Origin: Girardia tigrina
Taxonomy: Eukaryota
DNA length: 54,845 nt
Direction of reading: 5' to 3'
NCBI GenBank assembly: GCA_001938485.1
Contig: MQRK01207426.1
Span: 26,183-81,027, forward strand
The notes beneath the pieces were generated by a model. The model was not told where the DNA came from and ran no database searches. It worked only from the letters and a program-made list of their open reading frames with translations. The position numbers were made by a program, and so were the translations under genes. Each line of letters begins with the position of its first letter. Position 1 is the stretch's first letter. This document shows, piece after piece, positions 1 through 12,068 of the stretch.

Positions 1-3000
1 TTAAAAAATTAGAATGAACATAAAATCATGATTTTCTTACAAATACTGAAACTTCAGTTTATGAGCTTTATTACGATATACAAATTCAATTAATATCGAT
101 TCGACAATTCATGTTGTAAGTAAAGATAATTACTTTGGAAAGAGTGCCCCACAACTTATGACTCACCCTAATACTTAATTGATATTCGTGATTTAAAACT
201 TATATAGTGTTATTAGATGTTAATTTTTCGACGCTTTGCTAAAATGAAATCATTGATAACGTCATCAAAATCAATTTTTTGTAGGAGTTCACTTTCAATT
301 GACATTAATGACAAGCTGTTTAACCGTTCTTGCAGCATGCATGTTCTAAGTTCATTTTTAATGAGCTTCAATTTGAGAATGTCCTCTCTTCACCAGCATT
401 ACTAACCATCAAGCTGAGATATATTCTAAAAGCAATTTCAATGTTTGGAAATGAACTGATAAGATTCAAGTCAAATAATAAGCTATACAACCTACGAACT
501 GATTGGTTTTCTTCTTGATTTTTCTTTTAATGAAATTTTGAATGAAAAGTCTAAAATGCTGTAGCTCTTCCGAAAAAGAACTTTCTAAGTTATATGGATA
601 CCGTTGTTGGAGTAAATCAGCTGTAACAACCACATCATTTGTTGAAAGTTTCCAAAATTTTGTTAGAACACCATATAAGTTGTATATTGAATCATAAGCT
701 TTTTTTTGTTCAACTGTCCAATTCAGCTGACAATTTATCAATTATTGCCAAATATGTTTCCACGAGGAATTTTTCTCTATTTTCTAGATTTGCTTCTTCA
801 GCTGGGCCATCGTCTTCAAATTTTTTTATGCATTTTCTTAAGTTTATCTTCGTTTCTGTATCTAGTTTCTGGAGCTTTAATTTTGGCTAGTGTTTCAAAT
901 TTTTCAAAATTTTCTTTTTGCAAACAAATATACTCATGCAATGTTTTTAATAACTGCACTGCTGTACCAAGTTCCAAGTTTGATTTTTGAAGATATAAGT
1001 TGGTTTTATTTATGTTCTGAAGAATATTGTTCCACATTTCAATTAGAAACATCGTTTCAAAAAATGACAAATGTCGCAAAAGATCATTTGCTTCACGTCG
1101 TGTTTCTAGTTTTTGATCATCACCTGCAAGACATGTTAAAGCTTCTATTATATTGTTGTATCCATCTGACAGAGCTTTAATTGCATCTGCTCTAGCTGAC
1201 CATCTATTTTTGGAGAGAGATTTTAAAAGTAAATTTTTGGATCACAAACAACGTTTCATAACTGCCCATATAGATGTTGATGCACTAAAGAAATTTGATA
1301 ATTTCTGCACAAGGCCAAAAAAATTAACAGTGTGTTCACAACATTCAACAGCTGAAGTTCCAATTAAATTTAGGGAATAAGCAGCACATGGTATGAAGTG
1401 TGTTAATGGATTTATTTCCCTAATTTTGGCTTCCATACCATTGTATCTCCCAGACATATTTGCTGCATTGTCGTATGACTGTCCACGACAATTCGATATA
1501 TCTACAACAATTTCGTTTATAAAACATAACAAGGTATTTGTTAGTGTTTCTCCAGTATATTTTTTAAAGGCAAAAACTTCAAAAACCTCTCCTTAGCTTG
1601 ATAGGATGATTTTTCAACGTATCGTATGATAACAATCAGTTGATCGACGTGACTAAGATCTGGAGTAGAATCAACAGAAACAGAAAAATATTTTTGCTCC
1701 TTAATTTCTTTTGCAATAATTTTTAGCAATTTATCACCCATAAGCTGGATAAATTTTTCGCATATTGTGGATGATAAGTACGATGCCCTGCCTTTTCCCT
1801 GGTTGTCGTATTTATCAATATGGTTACTTAATAATGGATCAAACTGACTTAATAGTTGAAGAACTCCTAAATAATTACCATTTTTGGAAGAATTTATCAA
1901 CTCATCATTTTCCCGAAATGCCAGTCCTCGTTCTGCTAAAAACTTTATGACTGCAACAATTCTTTTTAGAATATTACGCCAATAATCCCCTTCTTTTGTA
2001 AATTCTAATTCCATTTGACCGTCTATTGTACCAGCATATTGTTGTCTTGTAGCCAAAGTTAACATGGCATCTCTATGACATGGACTATTTTCATGTTGAG
2101 AAATGCATGCTGTCGAATGATTCCAGTCCTTAAATCCATCGTCATAAGCAAAGGCAGAATTTGAATTTGACTTGAATAGTCGACAAGCAAAGCAAAATAT
2201 ACTTCCATTTGACGGTGAATAAAGCAGCCACGAACGTAAAATTTTTTCACCAGATACATAAATGACATCGTGAAAATTTTCGCTTTCTACCATCGGGATA
2301 AATTCTTTCCGAAGCTTCGAAATCATAATCATAATGTTGTCAATCATTTGAACCTTTTCTAAGCCAAAATTCACGAATATTATCAGAAATGCTAGTCCAC
2401 AATGCACAGTCATTACTAAACCTTTGTAAAGTCATGAACATCCTGTGAAGATTCTTCAATATTCAAATATGTGTTTTGATTTTCGACCTCAGTCGCTTCA
2501 GCCACTTGACTAACCTGAGGATAAATTAAATGAATTTCACCACTATTGCCTTTTTCATGAATTCCTTCAGAGTTAAATAACATTTCAGCTTCTTCGGAAG
2601 CTACGTTTAATTTTTGAGAATCTGAACAAAGCATGTCAGTTTCTATGACGCTCATATCCGATTCCGACTGATAGTTAACAGTGTTCGTTGTTACAGTAAA
2701 TCCCAATTTAAACAAATTCATGTTCTGAGTGTTAACTAATTCTTTTTCCTTCTGTTCAACTTTTCGCTTACGTTTCAGCGCTCCACTTAGATAAATACGC
2801 TGGTCTGAGATTTTTTATTTCCGATTGATCGATAAATATTTTTAAATAAATTTTTGTAATATTAATGTGATTTATCTATTTAATTAATATTTTCTCTTGC
2901 TAATAAGAACTAGTGATGATATCATGACGTGACGTATTTATTTTTTATAAATTTTTTATATTAAATTAACGGAGTCAGAAAATGGAAAATCGGACATACG

Positions 3001-3106
3001 AGTTTTATATATTTTTTTACATTTTTGGGGCTGGGTCCAGGGGGCCCCATAAAATCTCGGGGCCCTGTGCCAAGGCACAGTTGACACAATGGATAATCCG
3101 GCAAGG
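1..3106 (-). mobile_element. Degenerate hAT (Tip100/ZMYM1-like) DNA transposon; disrupted transposase ~213-2812; other end lies outside the window
   Basis: Minus-strand fragments: SGALKRKRK N-terminus, WLLYS..FCFACRLF (TTF zinc finger), KFLAERGLAFR..GNYLGVLQLL..FSVSVDSTPD (DUF4371), GQSYDNAANMSG..CAAYSLNL, and dimerisation tail RLNSLSLMSIE. GC-rich terminus ggggcccc..ggccc..taatccggc at 3030-3106. Confidence 0.85.
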
Positions 3107-3554
3107 AAGAAGGGTTAAATAAGATGATTAGCATTCATTACCATCAAAACCATTGCAGGGGGGAATCTATACAACCTGCTCCATGAAGTATGGATTTTCT
3201 TTGCACCAAAAAACCGAGTTCATTTGCTTCCTATCCCATAAAAGGCACATTCATCAATGAAAAACAAATTATCATGCCTTCGCTTATCATATTCCTTGTA
3301 GTGTTCACTTTTATAAGTTAAAAAATTACTAATTTAGATTATATATAATTATATAAATTAACTTAAATTAAACTTAAAATTAACTAAAATATTGATATTA
3401 AAAATACGAATAAACGATAAATTATTGCAGTAATATAAAAACTTTAATCAATTATAACAACCCGATTCTTATCACTTGGATTTTGTATAAATAAAAATAT
3501 TATAAAGAATAAAACATTTTAAAATGTTTATTTCATAATGAAATACTTTTATTT

Positions 3555-3690
3555 TTGTCTGAAGATTGCTTGGATAGCTTCAACACATTGAAGTTTATGA
3601 TCTTGGTGAACAGACGTCACTCACCAACCAAGACCATGCCTCATATCTTGCGATCTACGAATGTTCGGTTCATCTTCATTATCGCAACCA
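3555..3690 (-). pseudogene. RPS11: RPS11 relic 1 (3' coding fragment)
   Basis: Aligns to 6677-6780 and ~6880-6900. Translates DRKI*GMVLVGE*RLFTKIINFNVLKLSKQSSDK versus intact [34 protein letters not shown]; two stops and an internal deletion. Confidence 0.85.
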
Positions 3691-3799
3691 ATATAAACCT
3701 AATTCATCAATAAGTCTTCCTAAGACGATATCACAAATACCATACTATATAATTAACAAAGTAAAGCCTCAACATATAGAAATTTTAGAATGAAAATAT

Positions 3800-4337
3800 T
3801 TTTGAAGTTTGTCATTTTCTACATCAAAAATAATTTTTTTTATTTAATAATCAATGGTACAAACAAATGGATGGTATTGCAATGGAATCTCCATTAGCAC
3901 CAACATTAGCCTCAATTTTTTTGCCCAAAATTGAAGAAAATATTGATTTGTTTTCCGGTTATAAACCACTTGTATATAAAAGATATGTAGATGATGTATT
4001 TTCGATTTTTGAAAATAGAGATAATGTAAAACAATTTCCTAAATTTATAAATTCGATCCATTCTAATATCAAATTCACAGTAGAGGAAGAAGTGCAGAGT
4101 ACTCTACCATTTTTAGACATATTGATCAACCAGAAATTTAATTTCTGTGAAAGATATAACTGCAATATCATCATCATCCATAACAATCCAATTATTGTAT
4201 ATGATTAACGTATTAAGAACTTTTTTTGTATAATTCTTTGATGTTGTTTAGATATTTATCTCTACTGTAAAGTAAAAAATTTTGATAATGTTCGCACATG
4301 GGAGTATTGGTAGAATAAGACAATACTTGGTATTTCC
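3800..4337 (+). mobile_element. Penelope-like retroelement RT fragment (probably resumes ~5602-5690 after the MULE insertion)
   Basis: ORF 3867-4208: QMDGIAMESPLAPTLASIF..YKRYVDD..IHSNIKFTVEEE..LPFLDILI, typical PLE RT motifs. Confidence 0.75.
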
Positions 4338-5592
4338 GGTTCCATGACAATTCGACACAAGACAATTCGACACAGACAATTCGACACAGACAATTCGAAA
4401 CAGACAATTCGACACAAGACAATTCGACACACACAATTCGACACAAGACAATTCGACACAAATTTTTTAATTCGACACATTTTTTAATGGGACAAATATT
4501 TTATTTCGACATTTTTAAATTTCGATTAGTTTTTTTTTTAATTCGACCAATAACTAAAATGAAATATTTTCATTATTACTATACATTTTATGAAACTCGA
4601 CATTTTCATTAACTATATTTTTGGTTAGACTAATGAGTTTTTCTGTATTTAATATGAAAAAAAATAAATTTTTATGAAAAAATATGTATTTACTATGAAA
4701 AATATGTATGTAATATAAAAATATGCATTTAATATAAAAATATGTATTTAATATAAAAATATGTATTTAATATAAAAATATCAATTTAATATGAGCTAAT
4801 TTTTATATATAAAAATATCATTTTAATATGAGAAAAATCAATTCTCATATATTTCTTATCAACTTATATTGAGGGTGCTCTTGGTATAGCTCCTCAGTTT
4901 CCAATAAAATGCTGGAACCATTTCGATTCTGCTGGTGAGCAGACACCAAAAACTCATTAGTCTAACCAAAAAAATTGTTGGGAAGGTTTCCACAATGCTC
5001 TTAATGCTATATTTCAATGCAGCCACCCCAGTGTTTGGACCTTGCTTGATGGACTTGGAACAGCTTGTCACAGACTGACTTTGGCAAATGCTCTGCCAGG
5101 TCGCCCTGTGGTTGTAAAGAAAAAATATGTATGAAAAAATATTGCGTGAGGCTATTGCAATGGCTGTGCAAGAATACAATTTGAATGCATCGAATGATGA
5201 AAAACTGAAATACTTGCGTTGGCTAGCTAATTTGCAATGAATAAAATGTTAAAATTAACTTTTTTTAACTGTTTTGAATTAATGTGAAAAATTAAAAAAT
5301 TTGTATCGTCTTATTATCAATTTAACTTGAATTTGAATTTTTTTCATATTAAATACAAAAAACTCATTAGTCTAACCAAAAATATCGTTATTGAAAATGT
5401 CGAGTTTCAAAAAATGTATAGTAATAATGAAAATATTTCATTTTAGTTATTGGTCGAATTAAAAAAAAGTATTGAATTAAAAAAACTAATCGAAATTTAA
5501 AAATGTCGAAATAAAATATTTGTCCCATTAAAAAAATGTCAAATTAAAAAATGTGTCGAATTAAAAAATTTGTGTCGAATTGTCTGGTTACC
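4338..5592 (+). mobile_element. Non-autonomous Mutator-like element with long TIRs
   Basis: 9-bp TSD ggtatttcc at 4329-4337 and 5593-5601; ~250-300-bp TIRs; internal MULE transposase C-terminal remnant FPIKCWNHF..EGFHNALNAIFQCSHPSVW (~4870-5240). Confidence 0.85.
4346..4480. repeat. 14-15-bp tandem repeat (gacaattcgacaca) in the left MULE TIR
   Basis: About eight head-to-tail copies with no spacers; fewer inverted copies at 5535-5585. A 19-bp AT-rich repeat follows at ~4680-4790. Confidence 0.85.
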
Positions 5593-5701
5593 GGTATTTC
5601 CATTTCATAAACATTGGTACTTAATTAGTTAATAATTATGAAAATATTAAACAGAATAAAAAATTCCAAAATATCTATTTCCATACGAAATATTATTTTA
5701 A

Positions 5702-5815
5702 TCTGAAAAATGCTTGAATACTTTCAAAGCATTCAGATAAAGTATTGGGGAGAGGACGACACTCTGATCAACTCCGTGTCTGAATTTTAAGTTAATCTTC
5801 ATAACCAATTATGAA
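5702..5815 (-). pseudogene. RPS11: RPS11 relic 2 (more decayed)
   Basis: tctgaaaaatgcttgaatactttcaa..gacactctgatcaactccgtgtc aligns to RPS11 6680-6765; adjacent 5848-5920 resembles 3724-3800 next to relic 1. Confidence 0.65.
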
Positions 5816-6267
5816 CAGAAGTCATCCGCGAATCCGGCTAAATATTAGACGGTATCACAAATGATACATTTCCATACAATAACTAAAACCTCAACATTTA
5901 GAAATTTATGAATGAAAATAGTTGATGTATTATTATACTTTGTAAATGTTGGAATTTGATTAAATTATTTTTTTTTAATTTTAATGAAATTAAAAAAATG
6001 TGAAAACATTTTTAAAGAATTAAATTAATGAAATATTGATTTATAAAATAGTTTGTATGGAGATTTTTAAAATTAAATCAATATAAAAATTATTAAAACT
6101 ATTATTATTATAACCATAAATTTAATGTCAAAAAATGTCATTGGCAATATTATAATTCATTTTACACTAAGAAAGTAATCATTAAATTGAACTGAAATGC
6201 GAATACTCCGGGAGATTAAAAATGTAACTGAACTATATTCTAGATATAATTGCACTTATGTACTTAA

Positions 6268-6468
6268 CCCTTTCCAGTCCAAATTATTACTTTTACATTG
6301 AATATCTGTAACAATGATTTAAATTGTTAAAATCAAAAGTGAGAATCGCGCTTTTTGGCATGTAGGGTCATCCATTAGACTTTTTAGAAACTATTACTGC
6401 GTAAAATTTAAATTGATTAAGAGATAACTGTAAATTAATGTCATATGTTTGCCTTGGGCCGGAAAGGG
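6268..6468. mobile_element. piggyBac-type MITE (201 bp)
   Basis: TTAA at 6264-6267 and 6469-6472; TIRs ccctttccagtccaa / ttgggccggaaaggg (13/15). Confidence 0.8.
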
Positions 6469-6660
6469 TTAATAAGCATTATTAACGACCTAAATTTCAA
6501 TGAAATTGAATAAACAATTAATAACGCGAGAGACATTACTGTAAAAACAAAGCAAATATCCTCATTGAAATTCAAATAATTGTATCGATTAATGAAAAAA
6601 GCTCATGAAAATAGTAAAAGACGGAAAACACTCCAAAATATTTATTTCAGCACGAAATAA

Positions 6661-7159
6661 TTAAAGATTCTTCTGCTTGTCTGAAGATTGCTTGGACACC
6701 TTCAAGACATTGAAGCTAACGGTCTTGGCGAGCGGGCGGCACTCTCCGACCAGCACCGTATCCCCGACCTTGAGATCTCGGAAAGCCGGTGACACGTGGA
6801 CCGAGATGTTCTTGTGTCTCTTCTCGAATCGGTTGTATTTGCGCACGTAATGCAAATAGTCTCGTCGAACGACCGCAGTTCGGTTCATCTTCATCTTTGT
6901 GACCAAACCGGACAAAACGCGACCACGGATCTTCACATCAGACGTAAATGGGCATTTCTTGTCGATGTAATTGCCATTGATCGCTTCTCGGGGAGTTTTG
7001 TAGCCCAATCCGACGCTTTTGTAGTATCGGTCTCGGGATCCCTTTTTGCCACGGACTTCTTGTTTTTGAAATGCACGTTCGGTCTGATTAACGCCACCAG
7101 GGAAATTAAATATTAAATAATGTCGAAATTACGATAAAAACAAATCTTACTTGTTCCAT
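6661..7159 (-). CDS. RPS11: 40S ribosomal protein S11 (uS17), 143 aa; exons 7159-7151 (MEQ) and 7083-6661; intron 7150-7084
   Basis: MEQ|[66 protein letters not shown]; GTAAG donor and CAG acceptor; no stops. Confidence 0.96.
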
Positions 7160-9449
7160 ATTATTATTTGAATTTTTTATTATCTCCGAATTCAGATTAT
7201 TTAAACAAGGTTTTTATTTAAGTGGATTTATTTTTTTTTCGTTTTTTTAAAAAAAATACTTTTTATGAATTGAATAACTCATTTTAATGTGTAATAAATG
7301 AGAAAAGTTTTTCTGTCGTAAAATTACAGTTTTGTAAATTTGATCTTAAAATGTGTTGAAATCAATATTTTATTTGTAAAAAATTCGTTTTCGTAAAAAT
7401 CAAATTTAAAAATACAATTTACAAAAAAAAATATAAATTATGATGACAATTACATAAAATTAGAAGGAAAATTTTTTTAGATCAATCTTTAAAAAAATCG
7501 TTTTAAATTAAACAAAACTTTTCGTTATTTCAATTAGAGATTCGAAATTTTAAACCACAAAAACTTTTTTTTATTATTTGTTTTTACATGATTTGTATTC
7601 ATAAGAATTATTATCGATGATTTTAATAATCACCACTGAATAAATTTAAAAAATCATAGTTGTATAGGAACTATATCAAATTAAAAAACAAAATTTTTAT
7701 ACTTGGCTGATTTTGAAAGTTTTTTTAGAAAATTAAAATCATATTAAATTTCTGTCATTCATGTTTGCTTACATTTTGAACAGATTCACAAAAAAATTGC
7801 ATTTTTATCTAACTATTTATTTGGTAGATCTCATGCATATTATTTATACATAACATTGATTTACATCTCATCTCTACTTAATTATGCATGTAAAGCATTT
7901 GACTGATTCTGAACAGTATTAATAATTAATTTTTACTTTTTTCAACTTATTTACCAAATTTTCTTATTGAGTTTCAAATCAACATTTCGCGAAATTGATA
8001 ATGATGCACAGTGTGACAATTAGTTACGATAATTCTGAATTAAGTTATGCAAGGCTTTGCTGATGGATTGTGCAATGATAGATCACTAAGTCATATTTAA
8101 TATGAATTTTACTATGAATTTAAAAAGTTTCATAAAACTTATTTTTTCAAGTATTTGATGAGTCCATCTGTTGTCCCTGAGTAAATCTTTGTCTATGGAA
8201 TAAAGAATTATTCTAGTGTTTTTAAATGCAATTGAAAATGTCTTCTGGTCGAGTGGATTATTACTGTGCTTGGACAAGAGTGGTTTGAATGGCAAAATAA
8301 TTTGTCCATTTGCTACTTATCTGGCTCCAATCAACTATACGGTTGAAGGCTTTATACGGTTGATTTATATATATATATATATATATATACTCGACCACTC
8401 TCACACTTGCGATTTGCACAACTACAGTCCAGCACTTCAGTGTTTCTATTGACCACATCATTTACAACACTTAACATAAGAGTTTGGGTTTATGACAAAA
8501 ACCGAACAATAAACAATAAAACGTATCATTAAAAATCATCCAGGAAAATTATTTTAAAAATAAAGACTTCTTCGTTAATCAAATAATAACCAACTATTTG
8601 TCACGACCCCTCTGAATGTAGGCACTTTTGAAAGCTCTTGAGCCTCCAGTGGTTGTTAAGGACCAACCAAGACTCGGTGTATATTATTTTAACTTCATTT
8701 TATATAAGGGGATCGGCCACACCTTCCTCGTCTGCCATCTAACCAGTAGTGACAGGTCTGGAGCGTCTTCTGGCTCCTTTGAGTGTATACATATTATGGG
8801 CCCCAAACTAGATTAGCGTCGCTTTGGAATGATTTTATCATTATGGATTGATTATCTACATATTTCCTCTGTGCGAGCCTCTCTGACGTTTGGTACGTTC
8901 ATTGTGTTGATAATTGTTTCTGTTCGATGATACTATTTACACACTGTGTTAATGTTTGATCAATCTAAACGTGTATAAAGTATGATATTTGACATTAATA
9001 GGTCGTCTTCTAAATGTTTATAATTTAAATCATGAATTACGCAAGGCGTTTTAAATTTACTACTCGGTTCATTGTTTAAAACTGACTAATATTCTATGAT
9101 ATCAATTTGTTTATCCTCGCACTCATCATTATCATTACGATTGTCATTTACTGTCATCAGGAGCATTATAATTATTTCACATCAACGAAATCACAACGAA
9201 AAGGATTAACATATTTCTGAAAATCATAAAAAAAACATTTTTTATTATTAAAGGAATTATATTAAATGAACTAAATTATTTAAATAAATTCTATTCAGAT
9301 GTTAAAACAAATCACTCTCAGTCGACAGTAACTAAGGCAAAATTAGTCAGGGCTTTCTTTTTCTAATAATCAGGTATTAGTTGGACATCACTCGTTAATG
9401 TCTAATACAGCTGTGCCGTCAATAATTCCCACATATTGATTCATAATTA

Positions 9450-10728
9450 TTAGGTTGTTCGATATGAAACGGGTCAAAATTAAAGTAAAATGTAAATCGA
9501 TTTTTTTAAATAATAACATTTTATTTTTAATCAAAATATCCCCCCATGTTGTTAACACACTGTTGCCATTTCAATGGTAACACATTTAACACTTTAGTAT
9601 AAAACACTGATTCACGAGAGTCAATGAATTCTTGAAAGGCCGTTTTCACAGCCCCCGAAGAAGTGAAATTTTNNNNNNNNNNNNNNNNNNNNNNNNNNNN
9701 NNNNNNNNNNNNNNNNNNNNNNNNNNNNNNNNNNNNNNNNNNNNNNNNNNNNNNNNNNNNNNNNNNNNNNNNNNNNNNNNNNNNNNNNNNNNNNNNNNNN
9801 NNNNNNNNNNNNNNNNNNNNNNNNNNNNNNNNNNNNNNNNNNNNNNNNNNNNNNNNNNNNNNNNNNNNNNNNNNNNNNNNNNNNNNNNNNNNNNNNNNNN
9901 NNNNNNNNNNNNNNNNNNNNNNNNNNNNNNNNNNNNNNNNNNNNNNNNNNNNNNNNNNNNNNNNNNNNNNNNNNNNNNNNNNNNNNNNNNNNNNNNNNNN
10001 NNNNNNNNNNNNNNNNNNNNNNNNNNNNNNNNNNNNNNNNNNNNNNNNNNNNNNNNNNNNNNNNNNNNNNNNNNNNNNNNNNNNNNNNNNNNNNNNNNNN
10101 NNNNNNNNNNNNNNNNNNNNNNNNNNNNNNNNNNNNNNNNNNNNNNNNNNNNNNNNNNNNNNNNNNNNNNNNNNNNNNNNNNNNNNNNNNNNNNNNNNNN
10201 NNNNNNNNNNNNNNNNNNNNNNNNNNNNNNNNNNNNNNNNNNNNNNNNNNNNNNNNNNNNNNNNNNNNNNNNNNNNNNNNNNNNNNNNNNNNNNNNNNNN
10301 NNNNNNNNNNNNNNNNNNNNNNNNNNNNNNNNNNNNNNNNNNNNNNNNNNNNNNNNNNNNNNNNNNNNNNNNNNNNNNNNNNNNNNNNNNNNNNNNNNNN
10401 NNNNNNNNNNNNNNNNNNNNNNNNNNNNNNNNNNNNNNNNNNNNNNNNNNNNNNNNNNNNNNNNNNNNNNNNNNNNNNNNNNNNNNNNNNNNNNNNNNNN
10501 NNNNNNNNNNNNNTAAAATTCTGATTTCACTGATTTCCATTGCGCTGTTTGATTGTTTGTTGACAAGAAACTATTCAATATATTTGAAATTAAATAATTG
10601 ATTTTTAAAGAGGAATAATATATCTGTCAATATACCTTATTTATTTTCATACGATAGTTCAAAGTTAAGTTATACGCGATTGAAATGTAAGGTGTGAAGT
10701 TTGACCCGTTTCATATCGAACAACCTAA
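9450..10728 (-). mobile_element. Dtmar1: Dtmar1-like cecropia-subfamily mariner; centre in assembly gap
   Basis: Perfect 29-bp TIRs ttaggttgttcgatatgaaacgggtcaaa with TA TSDs; transposase starts MEISEIRIL (10540) and ends NFTSSGAVKTAFQEFIDSRESVFYTK..KWQQCVNNMGGYFD (9527). Confidence 0.9.
9673..10513. other. Assembly gap (N run)
   Basis: Run of N. Confidence 1.
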
Positions 10729-11929
10729 TATTACACATTTCTCATTTCGATCAATGTAGAGAATAACTTTCTCAATTTAGGACAACTGTTCATTCATTTT
10801 CTGTGACCGTATCTCAGTCTGCCTAATGATGATTTCGATATTTTCTTTGGACATCGATTACAGAAGGTAGGACGACTACGACGGGGCTTCTTATTATCTA
10901 AAGTTGTAATAATCCTAATAGATCAAATTGTTAATTTAATTAATGAATCTATATAAAAGAACGATAATTATCATATTATACATTGAAAATAAATGAAATC
11001 CCAAATGATTTACATTGCCATTCATTTTCTAAAATGTCAAATGAATTCGAATGTCGGCAATGGACTCTCTTGTGTTCTCGAAGCTCGTTATTTCAAAATC
11101 GTCGATTAGGAAATTGTACAATTGGAATGTACTGCAATATTACTGCTTTGAGTATCGCAAAATAATGGTTTGCTGATTTTTTGGCGCAATTTGGTTCAGT
11201 TTGGTTTAGTTGGTTCAAGTAGTTCTGGTTTTGTTCTGCTTAGTATTGGGTAGGTTGCTATATTTATAGCTATAGGTTGCCATATTTATAGCAGTGCTTA
11301 TTCTCGTTGCTGTTCTGCAATAATTCTTTAATGACTTATGTAAGTTTTTAATTAATACATTTTATTTTAACTAATTTTTGATAAATCTTTAAGAGTTAAT
11401 AACTTTTTACCGGATGGTTTGCTCTTGGAACAGATCGCAATTATGGACAGCTATCAATGGACAGACATCAACAGGTGCTCTCAGGAGATGGTCAATGGCT
11501 CAAATGCGGTCTTCAGGTTCGTCTTGGAGCAATTTTTATATATTTCGACTTATCAACATATTTTCAGAATATGGGGAACGGCAATTCCACTCTACTCGGC
11601 CTTGTGGAGATTCTATCGCAACATATGAAAAAACAAGTGTTGTTATTTCTGATGTTATTGATTTATTTAATTTTATTGATGTTATTTATATAATGGAATT
11701 TAATATTAATTTTGTAGTTACTTCTATTATAATTTTTCATGAATAAAAAATCAAAAACGTTTTTAAAAAATTTTGAGTTTATTGACTTTGTAATTTTCTT
11801 GATTTTATTGATTAAAGTTATATCATTGAAAAATTGATTGTAAAGATTGGAAAAATGATTGCAAGTATTGGAAAATAGATCGAGAAACCCTATATTATAA
11901 ATCTGATTTTAATATTTACTAAATTTTAA

Positions 11930-12068
11930 AGTCAGACAAGAAATTCGAGTCCAATTGATTCAGAAAAATTTAGAATTCGAGTCAGTTTTATTTTTCTTGA
12001 GTTGAGTCAATGTTTTTTTAACGAGTCGCGACTCGAGTCAAAACACATGACTCTAGTCGACAACACTG
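11930..12068. mobile_element. Orphan hAT-like terminus
   Basis: Ends gtcgacaacactg (revcomp CAGTGTTG) with clustered gagtc/gactc subterminal motifs; no partner end found. Confidence 0.45.

Noticed and set aside
3111-3118. piggyBac-like ends agggttaa (3111) and ttaaccc (14975)
   Set aside because: No matching partner TIR in the right orientation; short motifs.
4346-4480. CRISPR-like short repeats and Cys-rich ORFs (4213-4480)
   Set aside because: Repeats are contiguous with no spacers, sit in a MULE TIR in eukaryotic DNA, and the ORFs are translations of the repeat.
3800-5700. Hammerhead ribozyme associated with the Penelope fragment
   Set aside because: No CUGAnGA..GAAA core with stems found; the nearby ctgaaga belongs to the RPS11 relic.
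6796-7116. Antisense ORFs over RPS11, the ferritins, NCX and the pol genes
   Set aside because: Shadow frames of real coding sequence with no recognisable motifs.
8599-8754. Possible solo LTR (tgtcac..gtgaca)
   Set aside because: No TSD, PBS, PPT or second copy in the window.
9527-10601. Long ORFs of ~300 aa (likewise those across 22282-22493)
   Set aside because: Artefacts of N runs; only the mariner and integrase frames have support.
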